64,000 nucleotides of DNA, taken from the NCBI RefSeq assembly GCF_004010195.1, contig NC_057720.1, positions 25,907,257-25,971,256 of the forward strand. The letters run 5' to 3'. This document shows positions 12,850 through 24,924 of the stretch, in pieces; position 1 is the stretch's first letter; every line of letters starts with the position of its first letter. Under the pieces are notes generated by a model. That model did no database searches, was not told the DNA's origin, and saw only the letters and a list, made by a program, of their open reading frames with translations. A program made the translations under genes and the position numbers. Source of the stretch: Chiloscyllium plagiosum. Lineage: Eukaryota.

Positions 12850-13955
12850 CATTGGCAATGATTAATGTTCTTGCTTAAGACAGCTATTGCCTGACATTTG
12901 AGTGGTGCAAATGTTATTTGCTGTTTGTCAGCCCAAGCCTGGATGCTGTCCAGACCTTGTTTCTTTTGAACATGGACTGCTTCATTATCTGAGAAGCCGC
13001 GAATGGTGCTGAACATTGTGCAATCATTAGCAGACATCCTCACTTCTAACCTTATATTGGAAGGAAGGTCATTGATGAAGCAGCTGAAGATGGTTGGGCC
13101 TCGGACTCTATCCTGAGGAGCTCCTGCAGAGGTGTGCTGGAGCTGAGGTGACTGACCTCCAACAACCACAAGCATCTTCCAATGTACAAGATATGACTCC
13201 AAACAGCAGAAAGTTTGCCTTTGATACTCAGTGATTCCAGTTTTGCTTGGGCTCCTTAAGGTGACAGGATTGGTTGAATGCAGCCTTGATGTCAAGGGCT
13301 GTCACCATCACCTCACCATTGGAATTCTGCTCTTTTGTCCATGTTTGGACTAAGGCTTTAATGAGATGAGCTGAGTGGTTTAATCCAAACTGGTCACCAC
13401 TGAACAGATTATTTTGGAGCAGGTGCTGCTTGATTGCACTATTGATGACACCTTTCATCATTTTCCTGATGATCGAGAGCAGATTGATGTGGCTGTAGTT
13501 TGCTGGTTTGGATTTGTCCTGCTTTATATGTACAGGACATACTTGGAAATTTTCCAGATTGCCGAGTGTTGTAAATGTACTGAAACAGCTTGGCCAAGGG
13601 AGTGGCAAGTTCTGGAATAGAAGTCTTCAGTACTATAGCCAGAATGTTGTCAGGGCCCATAGTCTTTGTGCTATCCAGTACATTCAACCATTTTTTGACA
13701 TCACATGTAGTGAATCAAATTAGCCAACTGGTATCTGTGATACTAGGGACCACTGGAGGAGGCCAAGATGAATCATCCACTTGACACTGTTGGCTGAAGA
13801 TTGCTGTAAATGATTCAGCCTTATCTTTTGCACTTACGTGTTGGGCTCTTCTGTTATTGAGGTTGGGGATATTTGTGAAGCCTCCTCCTACAGTGTATTG
13901 TTGAATTGTCATCCACCATTCACAATTGGATGTGGCAGCCTGCAGAGCTTACATC
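12850..13955 (-). mobile_element. CR1/L2-group LINE RT fragment
   Basis: KTMGPDNI, PANYSHINLLS, ALDIKAAF and GPTIFSCFINDLP RT motifs across broken frames. Confidence 0.82.
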
Positions 13956-14007
13956 TTAGTGAGGCACCACTCCTAACTGCAAGTGCCCTGGTACAATAAT
14001 TATAGAG

Positions 14008-14155
14008 CAGGAGAATCGACGTTTCGGGCATAAGCCCTTCTTCAGGCCTGAAACGTCGATTCTCCTGCTTCTTGGATGCTGCCTGACCTGCTGCGCTTTT
14101 CCAGCAACACATTTTTCAGGTCTGATCTCCAGCATCTGCAGTCCTCACTTTCTCC
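14008..14155. mobile_element. Short inverted PLE pLTR insertion with 14-bp TSD
   Basis: CAATAATTATAGAG at 13994-14007 and 14156-14169; antisense HHR followed by sense pLTR with tail. Confidence 0.88.
14018..14045 (-). ncRNA. Minimal hammerhead ribozyme core
   Basis: CTGAAGAAGGGCTTATGCCCGAAACGTC on the minus strand. Confidence 0.7.
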
Positions 14156-15011
14156 CAATAATTATAGAGATAATCACAGAAGCAGTACGAGTGAAGGCAG
14201 TGTTTTGTTCAGGAAGTCAGTAATAAACTGTGTTATATGTTGCAAACTTCCATAAATTCAGTTCTATTACTGACACAGTTCTGCCAGTGACTGTAACAAA
14301 TTACATCATTCTATGTAGTATTTACACCTCAGATACTGGCCTTTCAGCAAAATAGCTCCTTGCTATATTTATGATAAAATCTTCCCCTATCTTTCATTAT
14401 CTGTCTCCAGCAATAAAGCCTTCCCTTTCTTCTCTTGTGACCTTCGCTTAAAGTCCTTATTCACTTCTGTTGCAACATTTAACAGTGAGTTTCATGTCTT
14501 AACCAGTCTCTGGGTAATGTGACAAAAGGTGTATAATTTACATAGCTTGATATCATTTTTTGGAATTTGGATTTCAGAATAGGAGCAGAATGATATTGTT
14601 TGTTTAGTCAAGGTTTTCTTGAAAAAAAATTATTCTCATCGAGTCCTTTCAGAGTCGTGGCTGCACCCAGCACTGTCAGAAAGCAGGTGAGAGCAAACTC
14701 CTGTGATCTTAAACCAAAGATATTTATACCTGGTTGTTTTATGAGAGGTAGGGTAAGTATTAAAGGTCATTAGTTCTTTTTCAGTTCAGAAGGGTCTAAG
14801 ATTATGCAGTTCTAAGATAATTCAGTGCAGAAAATATTATCAGTGAATTCAGAAGCAAGTTTAGTTTTTGTGAAGAGTCATTTAAGTAGGAACTTAAAGA
14901 GTTGAGATAGGAATGTAATTTCTTTAGACTTGAGTCTCTGTAATGGACAATGTCAGGTAATAGTCTGAAGTTTTGGTTTGGAGTGTGCTTTTGCTTGTGC
15001 TAGCTATTATC

Positions 15012-15500
15012 TGTTTAGGTCATTTGGTTGGATGGTTGCTGAAAATGTATTGCTGGAAAAGCGCAGCAGGTCTGGCAGCATCCAGGGAACAGGAGAATCA
15101 ACGTTATCCCTTGTGGTTGGAGGGTTCCTAGGCGGGAGATGAGGCGCTCTTCCTCCAACCCTCGTGTTGTTGTGGTCTGGCGATGGAGGAGTCCAAAGAC
15201 CTGCATATCTTTGGTGGAGTGGGAGGGGGAGTTGAAGTGTTGAGCCACAGGGTGGTTGGGTTGGTTGGTCCAGGTGTCCCAGAGGTTGGTTGGATGGTTG
15301 GTTTATGAAGCAGTATGATGCCAAAAGTGTGGGTTCAATCCCCATAGCAGTTGAGGTTAATATGAAGGACTCTCCTTCACAACCTCTCCCTTGAGGTGCA
15401 ATGGCCCTCAGGTCAAATCACCAGCAGTCGTCTCTCTCTCTCTCTCTCTCTAATGAAAGATTATCTCTACAGTCTGGGTAAGACTATGGCAACTTGCCTG
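15012..15500 (+). mobile_element. tRNA-derived SINE inside the LTR, itself interrupted by a PLE
   Basis: B box GGGTTCAATCCC at about 15331, (CT)n and TAAGACTATGGCAACTT tail. Confidence 0.6.
15039..15285 (-). mobile_element. Internally deleted Penelope fragment (GIY-YIG C-terminus fused to pLTR) with 15-bp TSD
   Basis: AQHFNSPSHS..LEEERLISRLGTLQPQG; TTGGTTGGATGGTTG at 15024-15038 and 15286-15300. Confidence 0.85.
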
Positions 15501-17899
15501 ATTGTATGGTTTATATTTTCTTCTCTTTTGAACAGTAAATCACTGTTGTTAAATAAAATCTGTGAGCTCATGTGAATTTATTTCAAATACTAATCATTAA
15601 GTTAACAAAAAAAGCATGATCTACCAAGTAATTTTTCATTTTGAGACTGACTAGGCCAGTATTATTAGCAGCTGAGATCATAACAGTTAAGCATTTTCTC
15701 CAAAATTCCTTGTTGGAGTTAATGGTGACTGTCTTTTACTTAAGGCCCTTCTGATTTCCCAAACAAATGGGGAAATCTTATATAAGCCTACCCTACCAAA
15801 TCTTTTCAAATTTTCGACATTTCTAAGTCACCTCTCACTTTTACCTTTCTAGAGAAAAGAGCTGTCGCTTATTTAATCTTTCCTGATGAGTATAACCTCT
15901 CAATTCTGGTATCATTCCAGGAACATTTTTGTATTTCTCCATTGTACTGCTTACATATCCTGACCTTTTATTCCACCAAATCATTTCACCTGCTACTAAA
16001 GACACCAGTAACTTCATAAATCAGCTCTGCATAAGTGCATTAAGTTGGTCATGTGCGCATTTCTTGCCAGAGTAAGTGATTTAATCTACATCCTCATTGA
16101 CTACCAATGGCAGTATGATAGAGCATCTCAATTTCACAGGAAGATTTCCCCAAAGTCCACAGAGTCAGAGATTTCACTTGCATGGATATACATCTTTTCT
16201 TCATCACTTCCACCAACAGTAAAGGATGCCAATCTCTCAATAAAAACCTCATTTAAACCCAGCACCACACCATTGTGCAAACGAATTGCTCATTGAACTG
16301 TGAGACGCTATTGGAAAACTTTATGTCCCAATAAGGAAATTGATCAGGGATAATATTAATTGTTTATAAATTCTATCCACTTGTTTTTAGGTGGCTGGTT
16401 TAAATTGGGGATTCATCTATGCTGTCCTAATTGGCTCCTCTGGTGTGGTGGTAGAGTCTTTACCTTTCAGCTGGCTTGTTTGGGTTTAAATCCTACTTCC
16501 AGAAGTGTGTAATAACATCTCTGAACAGGTTGGAAAATATGTTACAGTGTAATGCCCTGCCTCTGGCCCAGAAGGTCTGTGTTCAATGTTCACCTACCCC
16601 AAGGTCTCTGAACCTCAGACTAGCAGTTCTGAACCCCGAATGTGCGAAATGCCTCTGAGTAGCTCTACCACTGTTTGATGAGGAAGAAGCTGAAATATTT
16701 GATAGCGTTACAGAATTGGGTTGGTTCCTTCTTCCGGGGAGTCTCATTGGGGTACCCTACCAATTGGACACTCACAATACAACTCCTCACTGGTTTAAAT
16801 TGGGGATTCCAGTTCGACCTTTACTGCTCCAGTCATTGTTATCTGTCCTTTGCTTCATGCAGTGTCCCCTGTGGTTCCCTGCCAATTGGACTCTCTCGGT
16901 GTGTCTCCTCTTCGTGAGCAATCCTATCCTAGACCTCACTGCTCAAGCTCTGCCTGTCCACTCCTCACACAAACCCAAACCCTCAATTTCCCTCTGGATT
17001 GTAACTTTTCTTACCGGTTGTTTTTGCACCTGAGGCGAGATCATACGGTTAAACTTCCCCTTAGCTTAAAATTTAACAATAGCATTTAATAATAGAAGGA
17101 AAGAACGGATCGGGTTACAACATTTGTAATGACAAAGAAACATTTGCAGATGAAGCATCGGGCCCACGTGGCACTCAGACATCGCTGAGGTATTAATGAT
17201 ATTAATGGTAAGCAATTCAAGCCCAATATCTCCCATGATTTGCTGCCCAGTTTCTCAAAACGTCCTGCCATCTTCAAGCTCCAAACCATTGACTATCTTA
17301 AAAGTTCAAGCTAAGGTGGTTCAAGGATTGTCACCTATGCATTGGTGTCAAATTGAATCCTTAAGCTTATTAATAAAGTATTTTTTAAGAAACCCAGGAG
17401 TACTGAAACAATCCAAAATGAGTTCATTTCTTTATCAACTCGCCAATTGCTTGTACAATGGAGAAAAATTCTATATTAATGTTCCACCACTAATGTTTAC
17501 ATCCACATTTTTTAATGGAATAACAGCTTCCAATCTATTTTCCCAACTTTTAACAAAAGAATGTGCGTTTTTCAATACCATTAGATAGTAAAATATTCTG
17601 CTGTGCTTCACAGGGTCTTAATCAAACAAAGACTAACAACAAATTATATAAGGTCATGTTAGGATAGGTGTGAAAGCTTGGTCAAATTGATGTTTTAGGG
17701 AGAATCTTGGAGGCCAATGAAGCATTTAAGCCATTAGGCAGCCACATAGTTTTATCCGTTGCTTTCTCAACGATAACTTCGCTTGTGATTGATTGCCATC
17801 ATGCAGACTTTTTGCAGTAGACCTTGACAAGAACTTAAAGTTTAAGTGAGATGCATTCAAATGTCCTGGTTCAAACACTGTAAACACTTAAATGTCAAC

Positions 17900-18180
17900 T
17901 CGATTCAGTAGTGACATTCGTTCTCATAAGTCAAAAGGTTCTGGGTTCAAGACCTAAGTCAAGGCATCATGGTATAGATTAATATTTCAGTTCAGCTCTG
18001 CTGGGCATCTTACACTGCCAGAGGTGCCGTCTTTCAGTTGAGATGTTAAATCAAACTCCTGTGCACTATTGGCGGGCATCAGATCACAGTGTTTACGGGA
18101 AGCAGAGCATTCTTCCCAACATTTAATTCTCAGTCAACAAATACTTTCTTTGTTACCCAGCTGCAGTATGTTGTGCATCA
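17900..18180 (+). mobile_element. Deu-domain SINE (SacSINE1-like), degenerate
   Basis: B box GGGTTCAAG plus GAGGTGCCGTCTTTCAGTTGAGATGTTAAA resembling the Deu core. Confidence 0.65.
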
Positions 18181-18304
18181 GATTATGAGTTAGATTGCTA
18201 GTAGGTAGCACATGGCCTTCAGCAACCATCCTCTGGCTTTATCACAGTAGCTTAAATGCAAGTGGCACAGCCACAGAGTTCAGGCATCAAAGGAACATAG
18301 GAAC

Positions 18305-19066
18305 ATGGGAACTTATACACCTAGTGGTAAGGTCTGCGGGAATGTTGCTGAACAAAGAGACCTTAGAGTGCAGGTTCATAGCTCCTTGAAAGTAGAGTCA
18401 CAGGTAGATAGGATAGTGAAGAAGGCGTTTGGTATGTTTTCCTTTATTGGTCAGAGTATTGAGTACAGGAGTTGGGAGGTCATGTTGTGGCTGTACAGGA
18501 CGTTGGTTGGGCCACTGTTGGAATAATCTGTGCAATTCTGGTCTCTTTCCTATCAGAAAGATGTGGTGAAACTTGAAACGGTTCAGAAAGGATTTACAAG
18601 GACATTGTCAGGGTTGGAGCATTTGAGATATAGGGAGAGGCTGAACAGGCTGGGGCTGTTTTCCCTGGAGCGTTGGGGGCTGAGGAGACCCTTATAGAGG
18701 TTTATAAAATCATGATGGGTATGGATAGGGTGAACAGTCCAGGTCTTTTTCCTGGTGTGGGGGAGTCCAGAACGAGAGGGCTTAGCTTTAGGGTGAGAGG
18801 GGAAAGATATAAAAGAAACCTAAGGGCAACATTTTCACACAGAGGGTGGTACGTGTATAGAATGGGCTGCCAGAGGAAGTGGTGGAGGCTGGTACAATTG
18901 CAAGATTTAAAAGGCATCTGGATGGGTATATGAATAGGAAGACTTTGGAGGGATATGGGCCGGATGCTGGCAGGTGGGACTAGATTGGGTTGGGATATCT
19001 GGTCGGCATGAACACGTTGGACTGAAGGTTCTGTTTCCGTGCTGTACATCTCTATGACTCTATGAC
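18305..19066 (+). mobile_element. 5'-truncated CR1
   Basis: ORF2 C-terminal fragments and CTCTATGACTCTATGA tail. Confidence 0.9.
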
Positions 19067-19129
19067 CCTAAGTGGATTGCAGCGATTCAAGAAGGCAGCT
19101 CACCACTGCCTTCTCACAGGCAAATAAGT

Positions 19130-19505
19130 GTTTAGATTAGTGTGGTGCTGGAAAAGCACAGCATTCGAGGAGCAGCAAAATCAACGTTTCGGATAAAAGC
19201 CCTTAATCAAGAATACAGGCAGAGAGACTGAAGGGTGGAGAGATAAATGAGAGGAGGGTGGGGGTGGGGAGAAAGTAGCATAGAGTACTAAAGGTGAGTG
19301 GGGGAGGGGATGAAGGTGATGGATGATGAGGCGTTCTTCCTCCAGGCGTCTGGTGGTGAGGGAGCGGCGATGAAGGAGGCCCAGGACCTCCATATCCTTG
19401 GCAGAGTGGGAGGGGGAGTTGAAATGTTGGGCCACAGGGCAGTGTGGTTGATTGGTGCTGGTGTCCCAGAGATGTTCCCTAAAGTGCTCTGCTAGGAGGC
19501 GTCCA
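19130..19505 (-). mobile_element. Penelope 3' fragment with internal deletion
   Basis: AQHFNSPSHSAKDMEVLGLLH..LEEERLI; pLTR with decayed HHR at about 19183-19209. Confidence 0.85.
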
Positions 19506-19764
19506 TTTTCGAAAGGCCAACATTTACTTTCACTATTCTCTTCCTTTTTATATACGTATCGAAGCTTTTGGTGTCAATACTTTCTGCCGGGCTGCCAACA
19601 CTCACCTCAATGAATCTCTGCCAATCATCTCAGCAGCTGGATGTTGAAGGAATGGGAACCCTATCCATGCTAGTGAATAGAAGATTTGACATATATCACA
19701 CACACTGCGATGTGCACGCAGCCAGTGGTATCCTGCATCATGGAGGACAAAATTGTATGCTGAA

Positions 19765-20640
19765 CATAAACAGAAGTTTCTGGAAAAGCTTAGCAGGCCT
19801 GGCATCATCTGTGAAGAGAAATTAGCGTTAATATTTCAGGTCTGGTGTCCCTTCCTCAGAACTGATGGTAGCTCGGAAAGTATGTACCTTAGCTTGCTGA
19901 GCCTGGAGGGTTTGTTTTCAGACATTTTGTCACCATGACTAGGTAACATCATCAGTGAGAATCTCTGGTGAAGTGCTAGTGGTATGTCCCGCCACTTGGT
20001 CTTGATTTCTTAAGGTGGGTGATGTCATTTCTGGTACCTTTTATCAAGGGAAAGTAGGTAGGATCTAAATCAATGTGTTTATTGATGGATTAGAATGCCA
20101 TGCCTCTAAGAAGTCTTGTGTGTGTCCTTGTTTTGACTGTCCTGGGATGTGTGTGTTGTCTCAGTCAAAGTGATGGCCTTCTTTGTCTGTATGCATAAAA
20201 ACTAGTGATAGTGGGTCATTTTTTTTGGTGGTCAGTTGGTGTTTGTGTATCCTGGTGGTACGTTTCCTGCTTGTTTGTCCAATGTAGAGTTTTTATACAG
20301 TTCTTTCGTGGTATCTTGTTTTGCTGATAGTATCTAATGGATCCTTTAGTTTCATTAAGTCTGTTGGTAGGTTTGTGGGCTATCATGATGCCAAGGGGTC
20401 TGAGTAGTCTGGAAGTCATTTCTGATATGTCTTCAATGTAAGGTAATGTGATAAGGTAGCTCAGAAAATCTCACTTTATATACAGAAGATAGGGTGGGGG
20501 AGGGATGGGGAGTAAATAACAGGTGGTGATAGAACCCAAAGAGAGAGAAGAACAGTTGGACAGACAAAGGAGTGGTTAACGATCTGGCTCGGAGGGTGAA
20601 TAACTATTAATGGAAACTGTTAGTGGTTAACAACAGGACA
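19765..20640 (-). mobile_element. Second PLE family 3' end, interrupted by a third PLE family
   Basis: GGAAAAGCTTAGCAGGCCTGGCATCATCTGTG pLTR variant with decayed HHR at about 19829-19859; purine-rich continuation after 20467. Confidence 0.65.
19880..20454 (-). mobile_element. Third PLE family fragment (GIY-YIG region plus HHR) with 13-bp TSD
   Basis: TSRLLRPLGIMIAHKPTN, then frameshifted YIGQTSRKLTTRI; decayed HHR CTGATGATGTTACC..GGTGACAAAATGTC at 19921-19955; GGTAGCTC(G/A)GAAA at 19867-19879 and 20455-20467. Confidence 0.75.
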
Positions 20641-20725
20641 TTGGGCGCCTCAATTTCTCTGCCACCTCCCCCCAACACCCCCCCCCCCCCCAACCGACCC
20701 AACCTACCTCCCTCCGAACTGACTA

Positions 20726-20884
20726 CGGAGGAACCTCGATTATCCGAAGGACACAGGTGGTGAGTATTTCTTTCGGTTAATCAAATGTCAGAGAACATAG
20801 TTAGCCACACATCGGGACCTTGCAATCTTGTTCAGATCATCTGAAATTCGGTTAAACAAATGCTGGATAATCGAGGTTCCTCTG
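20726..20884. mobile_element. pogo/Tigger-type MITE (159 bp)
   Basis: 20-bp TIRs C(G/A)GAGGAACCTCGATTATCC (19/20 match), TA on both sides, internal TTCGGTTAA repeats. Confidence 0.8.
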
Positions 20885-21772
20885 TACACTCCATGCGCTT
20901 AGATCCAACCCTGACTTTGTTATCAAGCTGTTACTCCTGTAGGCTGAGTGTGCCTGTATCCGTTTAGGAAGAGAAAATTACAGATAGTAATTGTTATTGG
21001 ATGAAGAGACACAGTGACTTCCGTTGTGTAACAATGAGCAGAGAACAATGAGATGCTGTAAATCTCCAGATCCGTTGTGAAGGCTCCAAGTATAAATGTT
21101 AATTTTCACTGCCAAGTTCATTGCCACTGGCATTGCTGTTTTTACCTTTCTCTGAGCTTGCGTTTGACAGCAGTAGCTGGCATATTTAAGTGAAGGCATT
21201 CCCACTGAAGTGCAAATGATATAAAGGTAAAATTGCTAACAGACAGTAGACTGCTCTCTCATTAAAGAGTGAGAGAGGCAACTGGTGGTGGTGTAAGTAA
21301 CTCACGCATGGCTAAGGTTTATGTCAGAGATCTATTAAATGGGTACCATGGGCAGCTATGGATTTTGTCATTCCTTCTCCAACTCCCAGTAGCTTATCCT
21401 ACTTCGGTTCATTGTCAATGATTACTAGTCGGGGAGCTGAGAGTTTTCTGCTGACAGACATCCCCTGAGAAAGGCTTATGTAGCAATTTTTTCTGGGGTT
21501 TCTTCTGCTGATGTTATATTGGAGGGATAGTGGAGGCCATACTGGATTCCATTCCTCTGGCACCTTTGATAATGTACCCCATAGGTCATGCTGCCATTGT
21601 GGGTCTGTAAAACAGCTATCAATTAGGATGAGAAAATTGAATGTGGGAATGGCAGAAGGCAGAATCTGTGTGACCTGGGGACTCTTTCTATACAGGAGAA
21701 TACAGTAGTTATGGGCTCTTGAATTAAACTTGAAGGAAAAAGGATGAGTAAAATAAAGAACTATTTGAGACT

Positions 21773-21915
21773 ATGATGTGGAGCAGCCGGTGTTGGTCTG
21801 GGGTGGACAAAGTTAAAAATCGGACAACACCAGATTATAGTTAAACAGGTTTATTTGGAAGCACTAGCTTTCAGAACATTGGTCCTTCATCAGGTGGCCT
21901 GGTGTTGTGTGATAT
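21773..21915 (-). mobile_element. Fourth PLE-type pLTR fragment with a short inverted end
   Basis: HHR at 21865-21893; CTGGTGTTGT at about 21900 is the inverse of ACAACACCAG at about 21824. Confidence 0.6.
21865..21893 (-). ncRNA. Minimal hammerhead ribozyme variant
   Basis: CTGATGA-AGGAC-CAAT-GTTCT-GAA-AGCT-A with palindromic AGCT. Confidence 0.6.
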
Positions 21916-21934
21916 TTGAAGCTAGTGAAGGAAA

Positions 21935-22285
21935 GATGGTGGCATCCTGGTTACATCATTGGTCTAATAATTCAGAGGCCTGTGTTAATGTTGTTGGGGA
22001 CATGGGTTCAGATCCTACCATGGCAAATGGAGGCATTTAAATTTAATTTCAAAGATTGTCTCAGTAATAGTGACCATAAAACTACCATCAATTTTCCTAA
22101 AAACTCACAGGGATGGTAATCTGCCCTCCTTACCTGGTCAGGTCTACATGTGACTCCAGACCCACAGCAATGTGGTTGACAACCTATTGCCTTCAGGAAA
22201 AAGCCTAATAGGCCACTTAGTTCAAATGCAATTAGGAATAGACAATATATGCTTCCTTAACCAGCAGTAAAAGAATAAAGAAAAA
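21935..22285 (+). mobile_element. tRNA-derived SINE, family with CTACATGTGACTCCAGACCCACAGCAATGTGGTTGAC core
   Basis: B box GGGTTCAGATCC; core shared with copies at 28783, 35990 and 57228. Confidence 0.72.
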
Positions 22286-23429
22286 GAATAGTCAAAAATG
22301 ATATGCTAAATTAGCAGCAGAAGATACGTCCATGGTGCAGATCTGCTAAGAGAAGCTGTACTGGCAGATAAATGTTCTCAAGTAAGGAATTAGAAGTGAA
22401 AATTCCAAGATTATGTAAATTACATTACATGTAACAAGATCAGAGATGAGAGGCCATTGTGGGCAACATTTTCCAGTGGTTAAATCATTATGTCTAGATT
22501 CCTTCTTATAAGCTCTCTAATTCTGGATAACACTGCATCAAACTTGGGAGTGATCCAAAATGCATCACACATAACGCATCAGTCAGTTACTGTGCGTAAA
22601 GGTAAAATAAAAGGCATGAATTCTGTTGAAATAAAAGCAAAAGAATGTTTTAAGTGTTCAGCAGATTTGACAGCTTTTGTGGTGAGAGAGAAGTTAATTT
22701 CTCAGGTCAACTCTCAAAGGCCAGTGGAGAAAAACCTAACCTTTCAGCTTCTCTGTCACTTCTCTGCAATTCCTGACCTTGCCTCTCTGCAGATTACCAC
22801 ACTAGCTGCGCAACACTCTCCTGTCCCATGTGGGCCTTATTGCAAGCTGAAATTCAGCATTTTTTTAACACATCCTGTCAACTGTAGATTTGTATGATGC
22901 CTCAACAACATTTCTTTAGCCTTTCTGTCATTTATTCCCACAAAACCTCCACTACAATTTATACCTGTTGTTTGAGTTGATGAATGGAATTCTCTGTGGA
23001 AAGTATCAGACTCTGAATTGCTTCTTTACTCTTTAAGACCCCTGACACCACAACTCAAATAAAAGCTGACATCATTGACTCCTGGCTTGTTAGACAGACT
23101 CCACTAATACTGCAGGTTATGAACTGCTGACTGTTACAGCAGAAAGAACAGACATCTTTCCCAATGTGATTCAGAGACTTCCATGTTTATTTTAACATTA
23201 TTTAACTTCCTGAGGCCAAAGGATGTTTTTAACAGAAACAAATCCCACTTTTCAAACTTCGATCAGAAATTTTGCTTTATTTTTGTGCCTTGAACAGACA
23301 TAAAATACATCATTCTTTCAAAAAACTTAAATAAAATGCCCATTTCTTGTTCACCCCATCACCTGACCTTCCTTGCAGAATAAAGGACTTGTACCTCAAC
23401 ATGGCCATCAGGCTGAATGCTTCAAACAA

Positions 23430-23700
23430 TTAAGTTCTTTGAGAAAGCACAGATTATAATGTACAATAAGGTGGCCATTTCTTACATAGTATGATCTCAC
23501 AATTCAACAATGGGAAAAGTAACAAACTATTCTGTTTTAATTGTGTCTGTTGGAGAAAGAATGTTCATCACTGGGCGAACACTGTTTTTGCTCTCATGGT
23601 ATTAATTATATGATGGATCATCAATATGCGTTAGAATAGACAGACAAGACTTCATTTTAATATGCCACTTAAAGAACGCCACTGTCAACATTGAGAATTT
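23430..23700 (-). mobile_element. Highly degenerate Deu-domain SINE
   Basis: Antisense resemblance to the 17900 element. Confidence 0.4.
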
Positions 23701-23977
23701 TTAAAAATCCTGAAGTTTCTATTCACACTCATTGCTATATCTGAAAGTACAGTCAGTGAATGTGGACTGTGTCCTTCCCTCCGAGCTTCAAGCTCTGGGT
23801 TAAAATCTCACCCCAGAGTTAATGGCCAATGTCAGTCAAAAAGCTTCAGTATTAACTGAGTATTAACCTGCAATAAATTCTTGCTCAGGATGTGATGGAA
23901 AGAATATCAGAGTACTTAGCATTATTATATATATTCTACAACATGCATATAAAAGTCAATGTTACCACAACAAGCCC

Positions 23978-24155
23978 GTAAGACATGGCAGTAGAAGGAA
24001 GCCATTAAGCCCATTAAATCTGCTCCACTATTCAATGAGACAATGGCTGATCTGAAAATCCTCAACTCCACTTTCCTGTTTTTTCTCCCAACTCTTCATT
24101 CCTTTACTGATTAAAAACACATCTATCTAAGCCTTGATTATACTTAATGACCCAG
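23978..24155 (-). mobile_element. CR1 3' UTR fragment
   Basis: GCAGTAGAAGGAAGCCATTAAGCCCATT..TCAATGAGACAATGGCTGATCTG, similar to 3662. Confidence 0.7.
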
Positions 24156-24924
24156 TTTCAAATCTAAGTGAACACTGCAGCCAGTTAAAAAAATGGTGTC
24201 AAAAGATATTCTTTGTTGAACTTAGTAATGGTGACTTTATGAAGTTTGTTTAATACAGCGGAAACTAGATTTATGATATTAACTTTAATTAGAATGGCGA
24301 GTTCACCTGTACAGGAAACTCTACCACTAACTATACCACATATATTTGCATAATCTTATTACTAGGACTCTTACATAGTATAGATTCCAACATGGCTATC
24401 AAATTGGTACATTTCTTTCGCAACCCTGGATGTCTATCTCTGTCCACGTGGACTTTATTTTTTCTTCTTCAGTTTTACAAATACTAAGTGAGTGCTTATT
24501 CTTTCATTTCCAAGTGTACAATTTAAATGCCCATAATACTCCTGTGTTCTCACTACATTGAAATAAAGGCCATTGGATTGACTTATGCTCAATCCTGCAC
24601 TTTCACATGTCAATAAACGTGCTTCAATGTTAGGGAGCTGCTGATCAAAGAAATAACTTTTTGATGAAATCTTTAGTCTATTGAACGTAATCCTAATCAA
24701 TATTTGGAGTTGTATCTTTGTTTCTCGTGGCAATGTCTGAGTTGTGGTGAGTTTTTCAGAAGGATTTCCACCACCAAGCCAAGTGTGTTCTCTCACCATT
24801 TCTTACCAAACTCATCACATTAATTGCTTACCATGCCTGTTTGGTTTGCCACATGTCTCATTTTGGCTGCATTTACCATATGTCTTTCCCAAAATAACTT
24901 GCCACTGAGCAGATATCCTGGAAC

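Larger units (their letters stand above)
14518..15685 (+). mobile_element. Probable solo LTR (Gypsy-like) interrupting an old CR1 3' fragment
   Basis: TGTGACA...GATCATAACA termini, AATAAA at about 15552, flanks GGTAA and GTTAA; the CR1 antisense text on either side rejoins. Confidence 0.6.

Noticed and set aside
16707..17120. Possible solo LTR (CGTTACAG...GGGTTACAACA)
   Set aside because: Left terminus imperfect and no adjacent TSD
19606..19669. Possible minus-strand exons here (64 nt) and at 1096-1139 (44 nt)
   Set aside because: AG/GT pairs of this quality are expected by chance in 64 kb; peptides unrecognised
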